A DNA stretch of 64,000 nucleotides from an uncultured Actinomycetota bacterium (GCA_963718995.1 CAVRAP010000008.1:1236-65235), one strand, 5' to 3'. Positions 20,134-29,737 are shown, counted from the stretch's first letter. Numbers and translations are program-made. Notes: a model not told the origin generated them from the sequence alone.

Positions 20134-20892
20134 CTATCGGTGCTCGACGAACGTTGCGACTTCCAAACCGGCTCTCACAGCCCCGTCGACATACGCACGG
20201 AAGGCAGCCGTTGGATAGTTGATTCCTACCGGGTACGCCCCCGACCCGGCCGCCAGGACTGCTGCGGCGAAGGCAATTCCCGCCAGGAAGGCAGCGTCGT
20301 CCGCCACACCCAGGGTTCGTACTTCAACTCCCGCCGAGGTTGCCGCCGTAACCCTGACGGCTAGTCCCATCCAGGGCCCTTCGACCGGTGCAACCAGGAA
20401 CCGGGTAGCAGGAGGCGCTCCCGGCCACAGGTCTTGGCCCGGCTGAGCCCAGAGGTTTCCCACTGGTTGAGGAAATGCGAGCGGCTCGCCGCGCCGCAGG
20501 GGGCGACCCGGTTCCGTCCATCCGACGACGGTCTCCATGGTGGTGTCGTGGCGCGAGCACTCGTGAGCCGCCAGGCCGGCCGCCAGACCAAAGCTCGGGT
20601 TGGCACCCACAACGAATGGGATGTCGGGTGCAAACGAAAAGACCGCATCGCTGGTCGGGACAACGAGAGGAATGCCATGATCCGAAGCTTGCCGGTAACG
20701 ACGTTCGAGGTGCTGGAGGTCGTCGCTGGCGACCACGTCCCACCCGGCGAGGTTGGTGATGGTGCTCACGCGAGGATCGCCGGATGTTGCACGACGACCG
20801 ATGAGGCCGATCGCTTCCACCGATCGTTCGGCCAGAAGCACCCGGGCGGCTCGCGAACCGGTCTTGCCGGTGGCCTCCAGTGCAATCTTCAT
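20134..20892 (-). CDS. hypothetical protein, possible N-terminal NAD(P)-binding Rossmann-like fold
   Basis: 252-aa ORF; N-terminal MKIALEATGKTGSRAARVLL resembles a dinucleotide-binding beta-alpha-beta; no further recognisable motifs. Confidence 0.5.
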   Translation of the reverse strand: MKIALEATGKTGSRAARVLLAERSVEAIGLIGRRATSGDPRVSTITNLAGWDVVASDDLQHLERRYRQASDHGIPLVVPTSDAVFSFAPDIPFVVGANPSFGLAAGLAAHECSRHDTTMETVVGWTEPGRPLRRGEPLAFPQPVGNLWAQPGQDLWPGAPPATRFLVAPVEGPWMGLAVRVTAATSAGVEVRTLGVADDAAFLAGIAFAAAVLAAGSGAYPVGINYPTAAFRAYVDGAVRAGLEVATFVEHR

Positions 20893-20902
20893 GGGTGTTT
20901 GG

Positions 20903-21025
20903 TCACCGTTCGAGGTCGACCGGTTCCCAGGCCCCGGTTTTCCCGGGAGGGCTGACCTGTCGCTTCTTGAATGCCAGGATGGCGGCGACCAACGCAGCCA
21001 CGATCAAGATGGGTTTGCGGATCAT
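20903..21025 (-). CDS. possible small membrane protein (40 aa) translationally coupled to the downstream hypothetical gene
   Basis: MIRKPILIVAALVAAILAFKKRQVS...; its stop lies 10 nt upstream of the ATG at 20892; too short for the ORF track. Confidence 0.3.
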   Translation of the reverse strand: MIRKPILIVAALVAAILAFKKRQVSPPGKTGAWEPVDLER

Positions 21026-21099
21026 CGGGCCAGTGTAGGGAGATTCTCTTGCCGGTCGGCAGGCGGCTAATCTTTGGACTGTCCGGTTGAGCCGGACAC

Positions 21100-21230
21100 C
21101 GTGAAGGTCCCATCAGTGGCTAAGAGCGAAGTCCGGTGCAAATCCGGCGCTGTCCCGCAACTGTGATGCCCTCTCTGGAGGGATGAGCCAGGTCGCCTGC
21201 CGTCACGGTCACGAAAGTGCTCTCGTAGGA
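21100..21230 (+). promoter_or_regulatory. cobalamin (B12) riboswitch in the leader of the btuFCD-like operon
   Basis: GGTGCAAATCCGGCGCTGTCCCGCAACTGTGA core plus B12 box GAGCCAGGTCGCCTGCC; SD GGAGGA of the downstream gene 5 nt before the GTG at 21286. Confidence 0.7.
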
Positions 21231-21285
21231 AGGGCGCTCGTGCGACCGTGTCGGACGAAGCGTTCTCCGAAGGATTGGAGGACTA

Positions 21286-22155
21286 GTGAAACGTCCGATG
21301 GGTTGCCTTCTGGCATTGGGTCTCCTGCTCGCCGCATGTGCGTCTCCCATCACGGTCGATAGTGATGGCGGCCGGGTGACACTTGACGATAACCCCGGGC
21401 GGATTGTCTCTCTATCGGCAACGCATACGGAGATGCTCTATGCGATCGATGCCGCCGAGTTGATCGTTGCCACAGACCTCACCTCGAATTACCCGGCCGC
21501 GGCCCAAACGACCACCAAGGTGGACGCCTTCAATTTCAACGTCGAAGAGATCGCGGCCGTCGAACCCGATCTTGTCGTGACCGGATTCAACTTCCAGGGA
21601 GAACTCGAAGCGCTCGAGGCGATCGGGATTCCGGTTCTGCTGCTCGCCCCGGCGGCGAACCTGGAGGAGGCCTACGAGCAAATCGAGATACTGGGTTCAG
21701 TCACGGGCAGGGAGCGGGAAGCTGCCGGCTTGATCTCGTCCATGCAGGCCAGGATCGACGCCCTGACCGGGTCGACTCCGGGGGGGTCGCTGACGGTGTA
21801 TCACGAAGTCGATAACACCCTCTTCTCCGCTAGTTCAGCGACGTTCCTCGGGGACATCTACCGCCGGCTCGGAATGTCGAATATCGCCGACGCGGTCCCC
21901 GACGAATTCGGATCCGGGTATGTGCAGTTGTCGGAGGAGTACCTTTTCTCCGAAGATCCGGACCTGATCTTCCTCGGCGATGCTGGGTTCGGGGAGAGTT
22001 TGGAATCGGTCACCGCTCGCCCCGGTTGGGGCTCTCTCACTGCGGTCCAGAACGGTGCCGTGTTTGAACTGGACGGCGATATCGCAGGACGGTGGGGCCC
22101 GCGGACCGTTGATCTCGTCGAGGAGATCGTTGCGGCGATCAAGGCTGCTCCCTAG
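21286..22155 (+). CDS. ABC transporter substrate-binding lipoprotein, cobalamin/iron-siderophore (BtuF/FecB) family
   Basis: Lipoprotein signal with lipobox LLAAC; periplasmic binding protein type III fold; downstream of the B12 riboswitch. Confidence 0.85.
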   Translation: MKRPMGCLLALGLLLAACASPITVDSDGGRVTLDDNPGRIVSLSATHTEMLYAIDAAELIVATDLTSNYPAAAQTTTKVDAFNFNVEEIAAVEPDLVVTGFNFQGELEALEAIGIPVLLLAPAANLEEAYEQIEILGSVTGREREAAGLISSMQARIDALTGSTPGGSLTVYHEVDNTLFSASSATFLGDIYRRLGMSNIADAVPDEFGSGYVQLSEEYLFSEDPDLIFLGDAGFGESLESVTARPGWGSLTAVQNGAVFELDGDIAGRWGPRTVDLVEEIVAAIKAAP

Positions 22156-23186
22156 TGGCTACCCCGGCCGCAGTTCCGTCGAGCCGTCGGAAGCGCGCCT
22201 ATGTCCTGGCTGTCTTGTCTCTCGTGGCGATGGCCATCCTGGGAGTCACGATTGGTCCTGTGCGAATCGGAGCCGGCGCTGCCCTTATGGAAATCGCCGA
22301 CCGGGTGTTGCCACTGAACATCGATTCTGGTCTCAGCGATCAGGAGGCAGCGATCGTGTGGCAACTGCGCGCTCCTCGCGTTGTTTTGGGGAGCCTCGTC
22401 GGGGCGATGCTGGCGATTGCCGGGGGCGCTTACCAGGGAGTGTTCCGGAACCCGCTGGCGGATCCCTACCTGCTCGGTGTCGCCGCCGGAGCAGGTTTGG
22501 GAGCAACGGCCGCTCTAGCTTTCGGAGCAGGCGCCGTCGCCCTGCCGCCGGCGGCCTTTCTGGGTGCGGTCCTGGCCGTGGGGGCTACCTACTTCTTCGC
22601 CCGTGCGGCAGGCGGCCGCCGGACGGCCGCAACACTGATCCTGGCGGGAGTTGCTGTTGGGTCATTCCTGACGGCTATCCAGACCTTCGTGCAACAACAA
22701 TCGTCCGACCGGATCAGAGAGGTCTTCACCTGGCTCCTGGGCCGTCTCAGCGCCGCCACCTGGTCGCAGGTCCGTACGGTGCTGCCCTATGTGGTTGTTG
22801 CCCTGGTTGTCCTGCTCGCCTACCGCAGGGTCCTCGACGTTCTCTCGGTTGGCGAAGAGGAGGCAGCGACTCTCGGTGTACGTCCGGCCAAAGCCCGTCT
22901 GGTGATTATCGGAGCCGCCACCCTTGGTTCGGCAGCCGTTGTTTCCGTCACAGGGCTGATCGGATTTGTCGGGATCGTGGTTCCGCACGCCGTGCGGTTG
23001 GTGGCCGGGGTGAGTTACCGGGTGATCCTGCCCCTCTCGATGGTTATCGGAGCGGGGTTCTTGCTGGCTGCGGACCTCCTGGCCCGTACGGTGATCTCTC
23101 CCGGCGAGTTGCCAATCGGCGTGGTGACGGCCTTCGTGGGAGCACCGTTCTTTGCCATCATTCTGCGACGGCGGGAGCCTGTCTGA
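22155..23186 (+). CDS. ABC transporter permease, FecCD/BtuC family
   Basis: About 10 TM helices with the FecCD signature; overlapping stop/start with neighbours. Confidence 0.85.
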   Translation: MATPAAVPSSRRKRAYVLAVLSLVAMAILGVTIGPVRIGAGAALMEIADRVLPLNIDSGLSDQEAAIVWQLRAPRVVLGSLVGAMLAIAGGAYQGVFRNPLADPYLLGVAAGAGLGATAALAFGAGAVALPPAAFLGAVLAVGATYFFARAAGGRRTAATLILAGVAVGSFLTAIQTFVQQQSSDRIREVFTWLLGRLSAATWSQVRTVLPYVVVALVVLLAYRRVLDVLSVGEEEAATLGVRPAKARLVIIGAATLGSAAVVSVTGLIGFVGIVVPHAVRLVAGVSYRVILPLSMVIGAGFLLAADLLARTVISPGELPIGVVTAFVGAPFFAIILRRREPV

Positions 23187-23995
23187 TGTCTCGCCTCGAG
23201 TGCTTCGGGTTGCGGGCCGGGTACGGCCAGAAGGAGGTGCTGCACGGGGTCGACCTCGATGTCGCAGAGGGCGAGTTTGTGGTGGTTATCGGGCCGAACG
23301 GATCCGGGAAATCGACGTTGCTGCGAGTGGTGGCCGGAACGTTGCCCGCAACCGCCGGCGAAGTGCGGGTCGCCGGTGGCCCGGGTGAGGGAGCCGGCGG
23401 GAAGCGCCGATCTCGTCAGATAGCCATGGTTCCGCAGAACCCCGTGATTCCAGATGGCATGACCGTGCTGGATTACGTTCTGCTGGGTCGGACCCCATAC
23501 ATCCCCTTCTGGGGGACGGAATCCGGCAGCGATCTGCGGGTCGCCGGGCGAGTCCTTGCGGAGCTCGATCTTGGACCCATGACGGATCGGGTGCTGCAGT
23601 CGCTCAGCGGAGGTGAGTTGCAGCGGGTGATTTTAGCCCGGGCCCTTGCTCAGGAAGCCCCGGTCTTGTTGCTCGACGAGCCGACCACGGCCCTGGACAT
23701 TGGCCATCAGCAGCAGGTCCTCGAACTGGTCGACCAGTTGCGTGCGACCCGGTCAATCGCAGTCCTGGCTGCCATGCATGACCTCACCCTGGCCGCCCAG
23801 TACGCCGATCGTCTGGTGTTGCTCGTTGATGGACGCACCGCGGCTGCGGGGCCGGCAGAAGTGGTGCTCACCTCCGCCCTGCTCCGCCAGCATTACAGCG
23901 CCGAGGTGAACATCTTGAGAAGTCCGGATGGGAGCGTTGTGGTTGCGCCGAAACGAAAGACCGAATCAGCCCCGATCAGAGGTCGAACCCCCTAA
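23186..23995 (+). CDS. ABC transporter ATP-binding protein (BtuD/FecE-like)
   Basis: Walker A GPNGSGKST, signature LSGGELQRV, Walker B LLLDEPT; only the C-terminal 270 aa of the 671-aa track ORF is real. Confidence 0.85.
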   Translation: MSRLECFGLRAGYGQKEVLHGVDLDVAEGEFVVVIGPNGSGKSTLLRVVAGTLPATAGEVRVAGGPGEGAGGKRRSRQIAMVPQNPVIPDGMTVLDYVLLGRTPYIPFWGTESGSDLRVAGRVLAELDLGPMTDRVLQSLSGGELQRVILARALAQEAPVLLLDEPTTALDIGHQQQVLELVDQLRATRSIAVLAAMHDLTLAAQYADRLVLLVDGRTAAAGPAEVVLTSALLRQHYSAEVNILRSPDGSVVVAPKRKTESAPIRGRTP

Positions 23996-24018
23996 CCTGA
24001 GGGCTCGGGAGGGATGCA

Positions 24019-24918
24019 TTGGAAGCGCTAGCGGAGACCCTGGGTCTCTCGACCGGTCAATTGAAAGCGATTCAGTCGACCGTAGTGATTCTGGTCCTGG
24101 TCTTGCTTCGCTGGGTGGTGCTGCGCATCATCCACCGCCGGATTCAGGATCCTGAGGTTTGGTACCGGGCCCGCAAGATCGCCACCTATACGGTGACCTT
24201 CCTGGCGCTCTTCTTCCTTCTGCGAATCTGGTTGATCCAGTTCGAGAACTTCGCCACCTTTCTCGGCCTCCTCTCGGCAGGTGTCGCGATTGCCCTCTCC
24301 GACGTCCTGAAGAACATGGCCGGATGGGCCTATATCCTCACCCGTCGGCCGTTCCGGACCGGCGACCGGATTGAGATCGGCGACCATGCCGGGGATGTGA
24401 TCGACATTCGGGTCTTTCGCTTCAGCATTCTCGAGATCGGCAACTGGGTCCATGCCGATCAGTCGACGGGTCGGATCATCCATGTTCCGAACGGGCTCGT
24501 GTTCACGTCGCCGGTTGCCAACTTCACGGAGGGGTTCAGCTTCATCTGGCATGAAATCCCGTTCTTGATCACCTTCGAATCAGATTGGAAGCGGGCCGAA
24601 GTGGTCTTTGGCGCAGTTCTCGAAGAAGTTGCGCCGGGGATCACAGGAAAGGCCGCCGAGCGGATCAAGGCAACCGCCCGGGAGTATCGGATCAAGTACA
24701 CCCACCTGACCCCAACGGTGTATGTGACCGTTCGGGACAGCGGCGTGCTGCTCACCGGCCGGGTCCTCGTCTCCGCCCGGCAACGCCGCGGCGTCGATCA
24801 GGACGTCTGGAAGAGGCTTCTGAACGCGATCGCCGTCGAACCGAACATCGAGCTCGCCTACCCAACCGTCCGTACGGTCCTCCAGGATCCCATCAGGCTC
24901 CAAGAGCCAGAGGCTTGA
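24019..24918 (+). CDS. small-conductance mechanosensitive channel (MscS family)
   Basis: Three N-terminal TM helices then the MscS beta-domain (GDRIEIGDHAGDVIDIRVFRFSILEIGNWV); TTG start with SD GGGAGGGA. Confidence 0.8.
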   Translation: MEALAETLGLSTGQLKAIQSTVVILVLVLLRWVVLRIIHRRIQDPEVWYRARKIATYTVTFLALFFLLRIWLIQFENFATFLGLLSAGVAIALSDVLKNMAGWAYILTRRPFRTGDRIEIGDHAGDVIDIRVFRFSILEIGNWVHADQSTGRIIHVPNGLVFTSPVANFTEGFSFIWHEIPFLITFESDWKRAEVVFGAVLEEVAPGITGKAAERIKATAREYRIKYTHLTPTVYVTVRDSGVLLTGRVLVSARQRRGVDQDVWKRLLNAIAVEPNIELAYPTVRTVLQDPIRLQEPEA

Positions 24919-24982
24919 GGCAAGGGGAACCCTCCAGCAGGTTGCTGCTGTAACCATGCTCAGGCTCGTCTAGCCTGAAGGC

Positions 24983-25720
24983 ATGGACCTATATGCTCGT
25001 GTCAATATTCTCGACGGACGGGCCGTGCGTCTACCGCACGGCGACGTCCACGAAGCCGCCATTGCTCTCGATGCCGATCCCGTCGCCCGGGCCCAGGGAT
25101 GGGAGGCAAAGGGAGCCGATCACCTCCTGGTTGTGGACTTGAACGCCGCGGCCTACGGGGACTACTCAAACCGGCCGTTGATCGATCTGATTGTTTCCGA
25201 AGTCGAGATCCCGGTGCTCGTAGCCGGCGGAGTTCGGTCGCTTCAAGAAGTGGAGCGTCGCCTCGCGGCGGGTGCCTGGCGCATTGCGATGGGGACCACC
25301 GCGATCGAGGATCAGGTGGCTACCTGGGAGATCTGCCGGGCGTTCCCCGGCCAGGTCATGATCACCATGGATGTGAAACCCGACGAGGAGCTCATTGTGC
25401 GAGGTTGGACGGCGCATAGCGGCCGATATCTCGAAGAGGTGATCATCGAGCTGTCCTCGGCAGGGGCCGCCGGATTCATGGTCGCGGAAGCCAATCGCGA
25501 TGCGCTTGCAGAACCGCCCAACTTCTTCATTCTGCGTGAAGCGATGTCGTATGTGGAAGATCCGGTCATTGCCGCCGGTGGCGTGCGTCACCTGTCCGAC
25601 CTAAAAGGGTTGACCGAATTGGAGACGGACGGCAAGCACCTGGGCGGGGTGGTAGTTGGACGCGAAGTCACCGAAGGCCGATTCACGATGGAAGAGGCTG
25701 CCGGGCTCCTTTCCGGCTGA
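24983..25720 (+). CDS. HisA/PriA-family (beta/alpha)8-barrel protein; divergent paralog with altered catalytic residues
   Basis: Colinear with ProFAR isomerase HisA/PriA (VNILDGRAVRL...GGVRS...AGGVR), but the first catalytic Asp is Asn (RVNIL) and the conserved VTDI motif is VAEA. Confidence 0.65.
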   Translation: MDLYARVNILDGRAVRLPHGDVHEAAIALDADPVARAQGWEAKGADHLLVVDLNAAAYGDYSNRPLIDLIVSEVEIPVLVAGGVRSLQEVERRLAAGAWRIAMGTTAIEDQVATWEICRAFPGQVMITMDVKPDEELIVRGWTAHSGRYLEEVIIELSSAGAAGFMVAEANRDALAEPPNFFILREAMSYVEDPVIAAGGVRHLSDLKGLTELETDGKHLGGVVVGREVTEGRFTMEEAAGLLSG

Positions 25721-25800
25721 GGACGTCTGATTTCCGCACTCGAGCGGCGGTGACGAACTGAGGAGAGGAACCCCCTGCTTGCGAGGGCTATCCGTCTAGG

Positions 25801-25884
25801 CCGTTCTCGCCCGGAGGCGAGTAGGCAGCGACCGGATTCTGTTAGGTCGTTCTACTCGCCCGGAGGCGAGCAGGAAGCGACCGG
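25801..25884. repeat. two tandem imperfect 35-38-bp direct repeats, each containing the hairpin CTCGCC-cgga-GGCGAG, just 3' of tRNA-Ile
   Basis: ccgttctcgcccggaggcgagtaggcagcgaccgg versus tcgttctactcgcccggaggcgagcaggaagcgaccgg. Confidence 0.5.
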
Positions 25885-25886
25885 CG

Positions 25887-25961
25887 TGGGCCCACCTGGA
25901 CTTGAACCAGGGGCCTCATCCTTATCAGGGATGCGCTCTAACCAGGCTGAGCTATGGGCCC
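25887..25961 (-). tRNA. tRNA-Ile (anticodon GAT)
   Basis: Cloverleaf GGGCCCATAGCTCAGCCTGGTTAGAGCGCATCCCTGATAAGGATGAGG...GGTTCAAGTCCAGGTGGGCCCA; anticodon loop CTGATAA. Confidence 0.9.
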
Positions 25962-26015
25962 AAAACGGGAGCGTTATGGTAGCAAGCCAGGTGAACGACG
26001 AAAGCGGGTAACGCG

Positions 26016-26621
26016 ATGGACCACGAGAGTTGGAACAGCCGCTATCAGGGGCGTGAGTTGGTCTGGACCGCTTCACCAAACCAGTTCCTGGTAGCTGAAG
26101 TTGATTCGCTCGTCCCCGGGCGGGCCTTGGACCTCGGCTGCGGTGAGGGTCGAAACTCCGTGTGGCTGGCGGAACAAGGTTGGACCGTCACCGCCGTTGA
26201 CTTCTCCGATGTTGGTATCTCCAAAGGCCGGGAGATGGCGTCCAAGCGCGGGGTAGAGGTCACCTGGGTTGTTGAGGATCTCAATCGCTATGAACCGGCG
26301 GTGCAGGCCTTTGATCTGGTTATCGACTTCTACATACACATTCCCCCCGACCAGCGGAAGGCCCTGTTGCGCAAAGCCGCCGGGGCCGTCGCACCGGGGG
26401 GAACCCTGCTGGTAGTCGGTCACGATCTCACCAACCTGAAGGATGGATACGGCGGTCCCCAGGACCCGACCCTCTTGTTCACGCCGGACGAGGTCGGCGC
26501 AGCTCTGAGCGACCTGAAGGTGGTCACTTCCACCCGGGTCGGGCGGACCGTCGAGAACGAAGCAGGGCAGTTCGCGGCAGTCGATGCCCTCGTTCGAGCC
26601 GAACGGGTGCTCGTGCCCTAG
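26016..26621 (+). CDS. class I SAM-dependent methyltransferase (TehB/TPMT-like)
   Basis: Motif I LDLGCGEGRNSVWLAE, post-I acidic and motif II regions. Confidence 0.8.
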   Translation: MDHESWNSRYQGRELVWTASPNQFLVAEVDSLVPGRALDLGCGEGRNSVWLAEQGWTVTAVDFSDVGISKGREMASKRGVEVTWVVEDLNRYEPAVQAFDLVIDFYIHIPPDQRKALLRKAAGAVAPGGTLLVVGHDLTNLKDGYGGPQDPTLLFTPDEVGAALSDLKVVTSTRVGRTVENEAGQFAAVDALVRAERVLVP

Positions 26622-26939
26622 CCGATGGTTCACCGGGTGAGCTGTTCGGCAAACCAGAGATCGGCGTGGGAGTTCGTCTCGAATGTGCGTGGTGCCTGGT
26701 AGGGCCGACCGTCGGGTCCCTTGGAGCGGCTTGGTAGTGGCCGGAGGGCTGTTGGGGTGGTTGGTGCGCTGTCGTCGGCCCAGGCGCCTGCAGCGCTCTT
26801 GAAAGTCGACCGACAAATAATACCAGCGGCCTGTCGCGCTGGAGCCTAATCCTGGTTAGCTTTTCTTTCCGGTCTTGCCCTAAGAATGAGTTCATTGGAC
26901 TCTGATCGTCGGGCACGCAACGGACGAGAATCTGAATCG

Positions 26940-27443
26940 ATGCGAGTTCACCTTGGCGGACAAGGCCTACGTTGGGCGCTGGCGCTATTGATCGGGTTGT
27001 CGGGGTGTAGTACGACGACCACCACCACGGCATTGACGACGACGACCACGGCACCCACGACAACCACTGTGGACCTGGATTCCACCTCTTCAGACCCGGA
27101 CGGAACACTCCACGCTCGTCTGATAGGCGAATGGGAACTCGTACAGGCCGAATCCGAAGCGTTCAACCCAGATGTTGAGTGGGTGTCCATCACCGCAACG
27201 TTTACAGACACGGAGATGACCGGCTGGGAGTCCTGTGCGCCCTACTCCGCCCACTATCAACTGGACGGCAGCAGGTTGGAGATAATCGACTGGGAATCAA
27301 CCGGCGAGGATTGTGGGGATTGGACCGATGACGGCGTATTCGTCAGGTCCCCAACCGAATCACTAACGGTTTCATTCGAGGGCTCCAGCCTGGTGCTCAC
27401 CAACAGCAGGTGGGCCTTCTTTTTCGAACGGGTCGGTCCGTAA
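26940..27443 (+). CDS. secreted lipoprotein with Thr-rich linker and a META/HslJ-like domain
   Basis: Signal peptide with lipobox LSGC, poly-Thr linker, then a LIGEWEL-type META-domain motif. Confidence 0.55.
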   Translation: MRVHLGGQGLRWALALLIGLSGCSTTTTTTALTTTTTAPTTTTVDLDSTSSDPDGTLHARLIGEWELVQAESEAFNPDVEWVSITATFTDTEMTGWESCAPYSAHYQLDGSRLEIIDWESTGEDCGDWTDDGVFVRSPTESLTVSFEGSSLVLTNSRWAFFFERVGP

Positions 27444-27715
27444 AGAGCCCCCTGTCCATGTGCGGTGCACGGCACTACTGCTCCGGTTGAAACTCGCCTA
27501 CCGATTGTTTCCGTCTCTGGTATCCAGATCATCGGACCAGCTTCGATCTGGTTACGTTCTTGGACGGAAACGAGTGCGTCGGCTACCAAGGTGGCCCGCC
27601 GCCCGGCAGCCTCGCCCGGGCCGATCTCTGGTGTGAGAACCTGTGCAGCTGGGGGGAGTCGGGAAAGGCCCGATACATGCAAGAATGTTGACGAACAGCG
27701 AAGTTCATTGACAAC

Positions 27716-27788
27716 GGGGATGTAGCTCAGTTGGAAGAGCACCTGCTTTGCAAGCAGGGGGTCGTCGGTTCAAGTCCGATCATCTCCA
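27716..27788 (+). tRNA. tRNA-Ala (anticodon TGC)
   Basis: GGGGATGTAGCTCAGTTGGAAGAGCACCTGCTTTGCAAGCAGG...; G3:U70 alanine identity pair visible in the acceptor stem. Confidence 0.9.
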
Positions 27789-27860
27789 CCCACCTCGCCC
27801 TCCTGGCGGCCTGCTCCTCGTGTGGCCCCTAGCATTGCCCCGGACGTAAAAGGAGCAACC

Positions 27861-29033
27861 ATGCAAACCGCCGTCATCGTTGACGCCGTCCGGACACCAA
27901 CCGGCAAACGCAACGGCAAGCTGAAGGATTGGCACGCGACGGACCTGGCCGCCCATTCGCTCGAGGCCCTGGTCGAGAGGAACGGGCTAGATCCCGGCTT
28001 GATCGACGACGTGATCATGGGGTGCGTTTCCCAAACTGGAGAACAGGGCGTCAACATCGGGCGCAATGCTGCTCTGGCGGCCGGGTTTCCCGAAGAAGTC
28101 CCGGGCATGACGATCGATCGTCAGTGTGGCTCGAGTCAGCAGGCCGCCCATTTCGCAGCTCAAGGGGTGATGGCCGGCGTCTATGACATCGCCATCGCCG
28201 CTGGAGTCGAATCCATGACGAGGGTACCGATGCTGGTCACCGCCCAGCAGGGTCCGGGTGTGCCGTTCGGGCCGAAGATGCTGGAGCGCTACGACCACGC
28301 GCTCGTCCCACAAGGGGTGAGCGCCGAGATGGTTGCAGAGAAGTGGAACATCGGCCGTGAGGAACTCGACCTTCTATCGCTGGAGTCGCACCACCGGGCG
28401 GCCCGGGCCACCAAGGAGGGACGTTTCGAAGGCCAGATCATCCCCGTGCCCGTCACGGTTGACGGCACCGCCGAACGGATGACCGTCGATGAGGGGATCC
28501 GTTGGGAGACGTCACTGGAGAAGCTGGCCTCGCTCAAGCCTGCGTTCAAGATGGACGGCGTGATCACCGCCGGGAACTCGTCGCAGATCTCCGACGGGTC
28601 CGCCGCCGTCTTGATCATGAGCGAGCAGAAGGCGGAGGACCTCGGCCTCCGGCCCCGGGCGCGATTCGTGAGTTTTGCCCTGGCCGGGGTCGATCCCGTG
28701 ATGATGCTCACCGGCCCCATTCCGGCCACCCGGAAGGTGCTGGAACGGGCCGGACTCTCTATCGACGATATCGACCTCTTCGAGATCAACGAAGCCTTCT
28801 CGTCGGTTGTCGCTGCTTGGAAACGGGAGATGCCCGGCGACGCGACCGACCTCATGGAGCGCACGAATGTCAACGGCGGTGCCATTGCCCTTGGACATCC
28901 GCTCGGCTGTAGCGGCGCCAAGCTCTTGACCACGCTGGTCCACGAGCTCGAGCGGACCGGTGGCCGCTACGGGTTGCAGGCCATGTGCGAAGGGGGCGGC
29001 ATGGCCAACGCCCTGATCATCGAAAGGATCTGA
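27861..29033 (+). CDS. acetyl-CoA C-acyltransferase (thiolase)
   Basis: Thiolase active-site Cys region (DRQCGSSQQA), C-terminal NVNGGAIALGHPLGCSGA; SD AAAGGAG before the ATG at 27861. Confidence 0.9.
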   Translation: MQTAVIVDAVRTPTGKRNGKLKDWHATDLAAHSLEALVERNGLDPGLIDDVIMGCVSQTGEQGVNIGRNAALAAGFPEEVPGMTIDRQCGSSQQAAHFAAQGVMAGVYDIAIAAGVESMTRVPMLVTAQQGPGVPFGPKMLERYDHALVPQGVSAEMVAEKWNIGREELDLLSLESHHRAARATKEGRFEGQIIPVPVTVDGTAERMTVDEGIRWETSLEKLASLKPAFKMDGVITAGNSSQISDGSAAVLIMSEQKAEDLGLRPRARFVSFALAGVDPVMMLTGPIPATRKVLERAGLSIDDIDLFEINEAFSSVVAAWKREMPGDATDLMERTNVNGGAIALGHPLGCSGAKLLTTLVHELERTGGRYGLQAMCEGGGMANALIIERI

Positions 29034-29065
29034 GCAAGGCGCCGGTTCCGGGTACGCTGCGATCC

Positions 29066-29311
29066 GTGGGCGACATACTCATTGCGATTGCCATCGGGGT
29101 GATGATTCTCTGGGTGACCAGGAAGATCCTTGTCATGTTGGCGACCCCGCCGCCAGAAGTAGATCCTGACGAGATCATCGAGGTGGAGCGGCACTATCGC
29201 TGCTCGATCTGCGGGACGGAACTGATCGTCACAGCCGCCTCGACTACCGAGACTGAGCCCCCCAAGCATTGTCGCGACGAGATGACCCTGACCTGGCAGG
29301 CCGGGAGCTGA
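29066..29311 (+). CDS. small membrane protein with a C-terminal CxxC...HC zinc-ribbon-like motif
   Basis: TM helix ILIAIAIGVMILWV then YRCSICGTELIV...PKHCRDE; GTG start chosen to avoid overlapping the thiolase. Confidence 0.35.
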   Translation: MGDILIAIAIGVMILWVTRKILVMLATPPPEVDPDEIIEVERHYRCSICGTELIVTAASTTETEPPKHCRDEMTLTWQAGS

Positions 29312-29422
29312 TCCACAGGCTGTTGACAGTTTTGGGGAAAACTACACGCATGTAATTCCGTTCTTGCGTGAGAAACCGCGACATAGTGCAGGAAAGTCAC
29401 GCAAGAACGGAATGAGACGAGC

Positions 29423-29674
29423 CTATCGGTAGTTCGTCGTCATCAGGAACCCGGCGGCGATACCGAGCAGGCCCACCCACAGTCCCCATCCACCGAAGAC
29501 GTCGGTGATCACGTAGTTCAGAACCACCAGTATGACTCCGAGAGCCATCAATCCGAACATCGTCACGACGTACCACATGGGCGATTCGCCCTTGACTTTT
29601 GAGGCCGGCGTCGAGGGGGGAGTCGGTCGTCCCGGCTGGCCCTTCTTCTTCTTGCGAACCTTGGATTTCGGCAT
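29423..29674 (-). CDS. crgA: cell division protein CrgA
   Basis: MPKSKVRKKKKGQ... N-terminus and two TM helices typical of CrgA; synteny next to trpG and pknB. Confidence 0.8.
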   Translation of the reverse strand: MPKSKVRKKKKGQPGRPTPPSTPASKVKGESPMWYVVTMFGLMALGVILVVLNYVITDVFGGWGLWVGLLGIAAGFLMTTNYR

Positions 29675-29737
29675 GGCGGCAAGCGTAGTCCGCCATGATG
29701 GACCTGTCAGCCTCGGAGCAGGTAGGCTCACCGACCC

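Noticed and set aside
20889-21113. 74-aa minus-strand ORF upstream of the B12 riboswitch
   Set aside because: Pro/Arg-rich translation with no SD. The region is better explained by the small 40-aa membrane ORF in another frame and the riboswitch leader.
21980-23185. N-terminal 400 aa of the 671-aa track ORF 21980..23995
   Set aside because: Only the last 270 aa (from the ATG at 23186) are an ABC ATPase. The upstream part is an alternate frame running through the SBP and permease genes.
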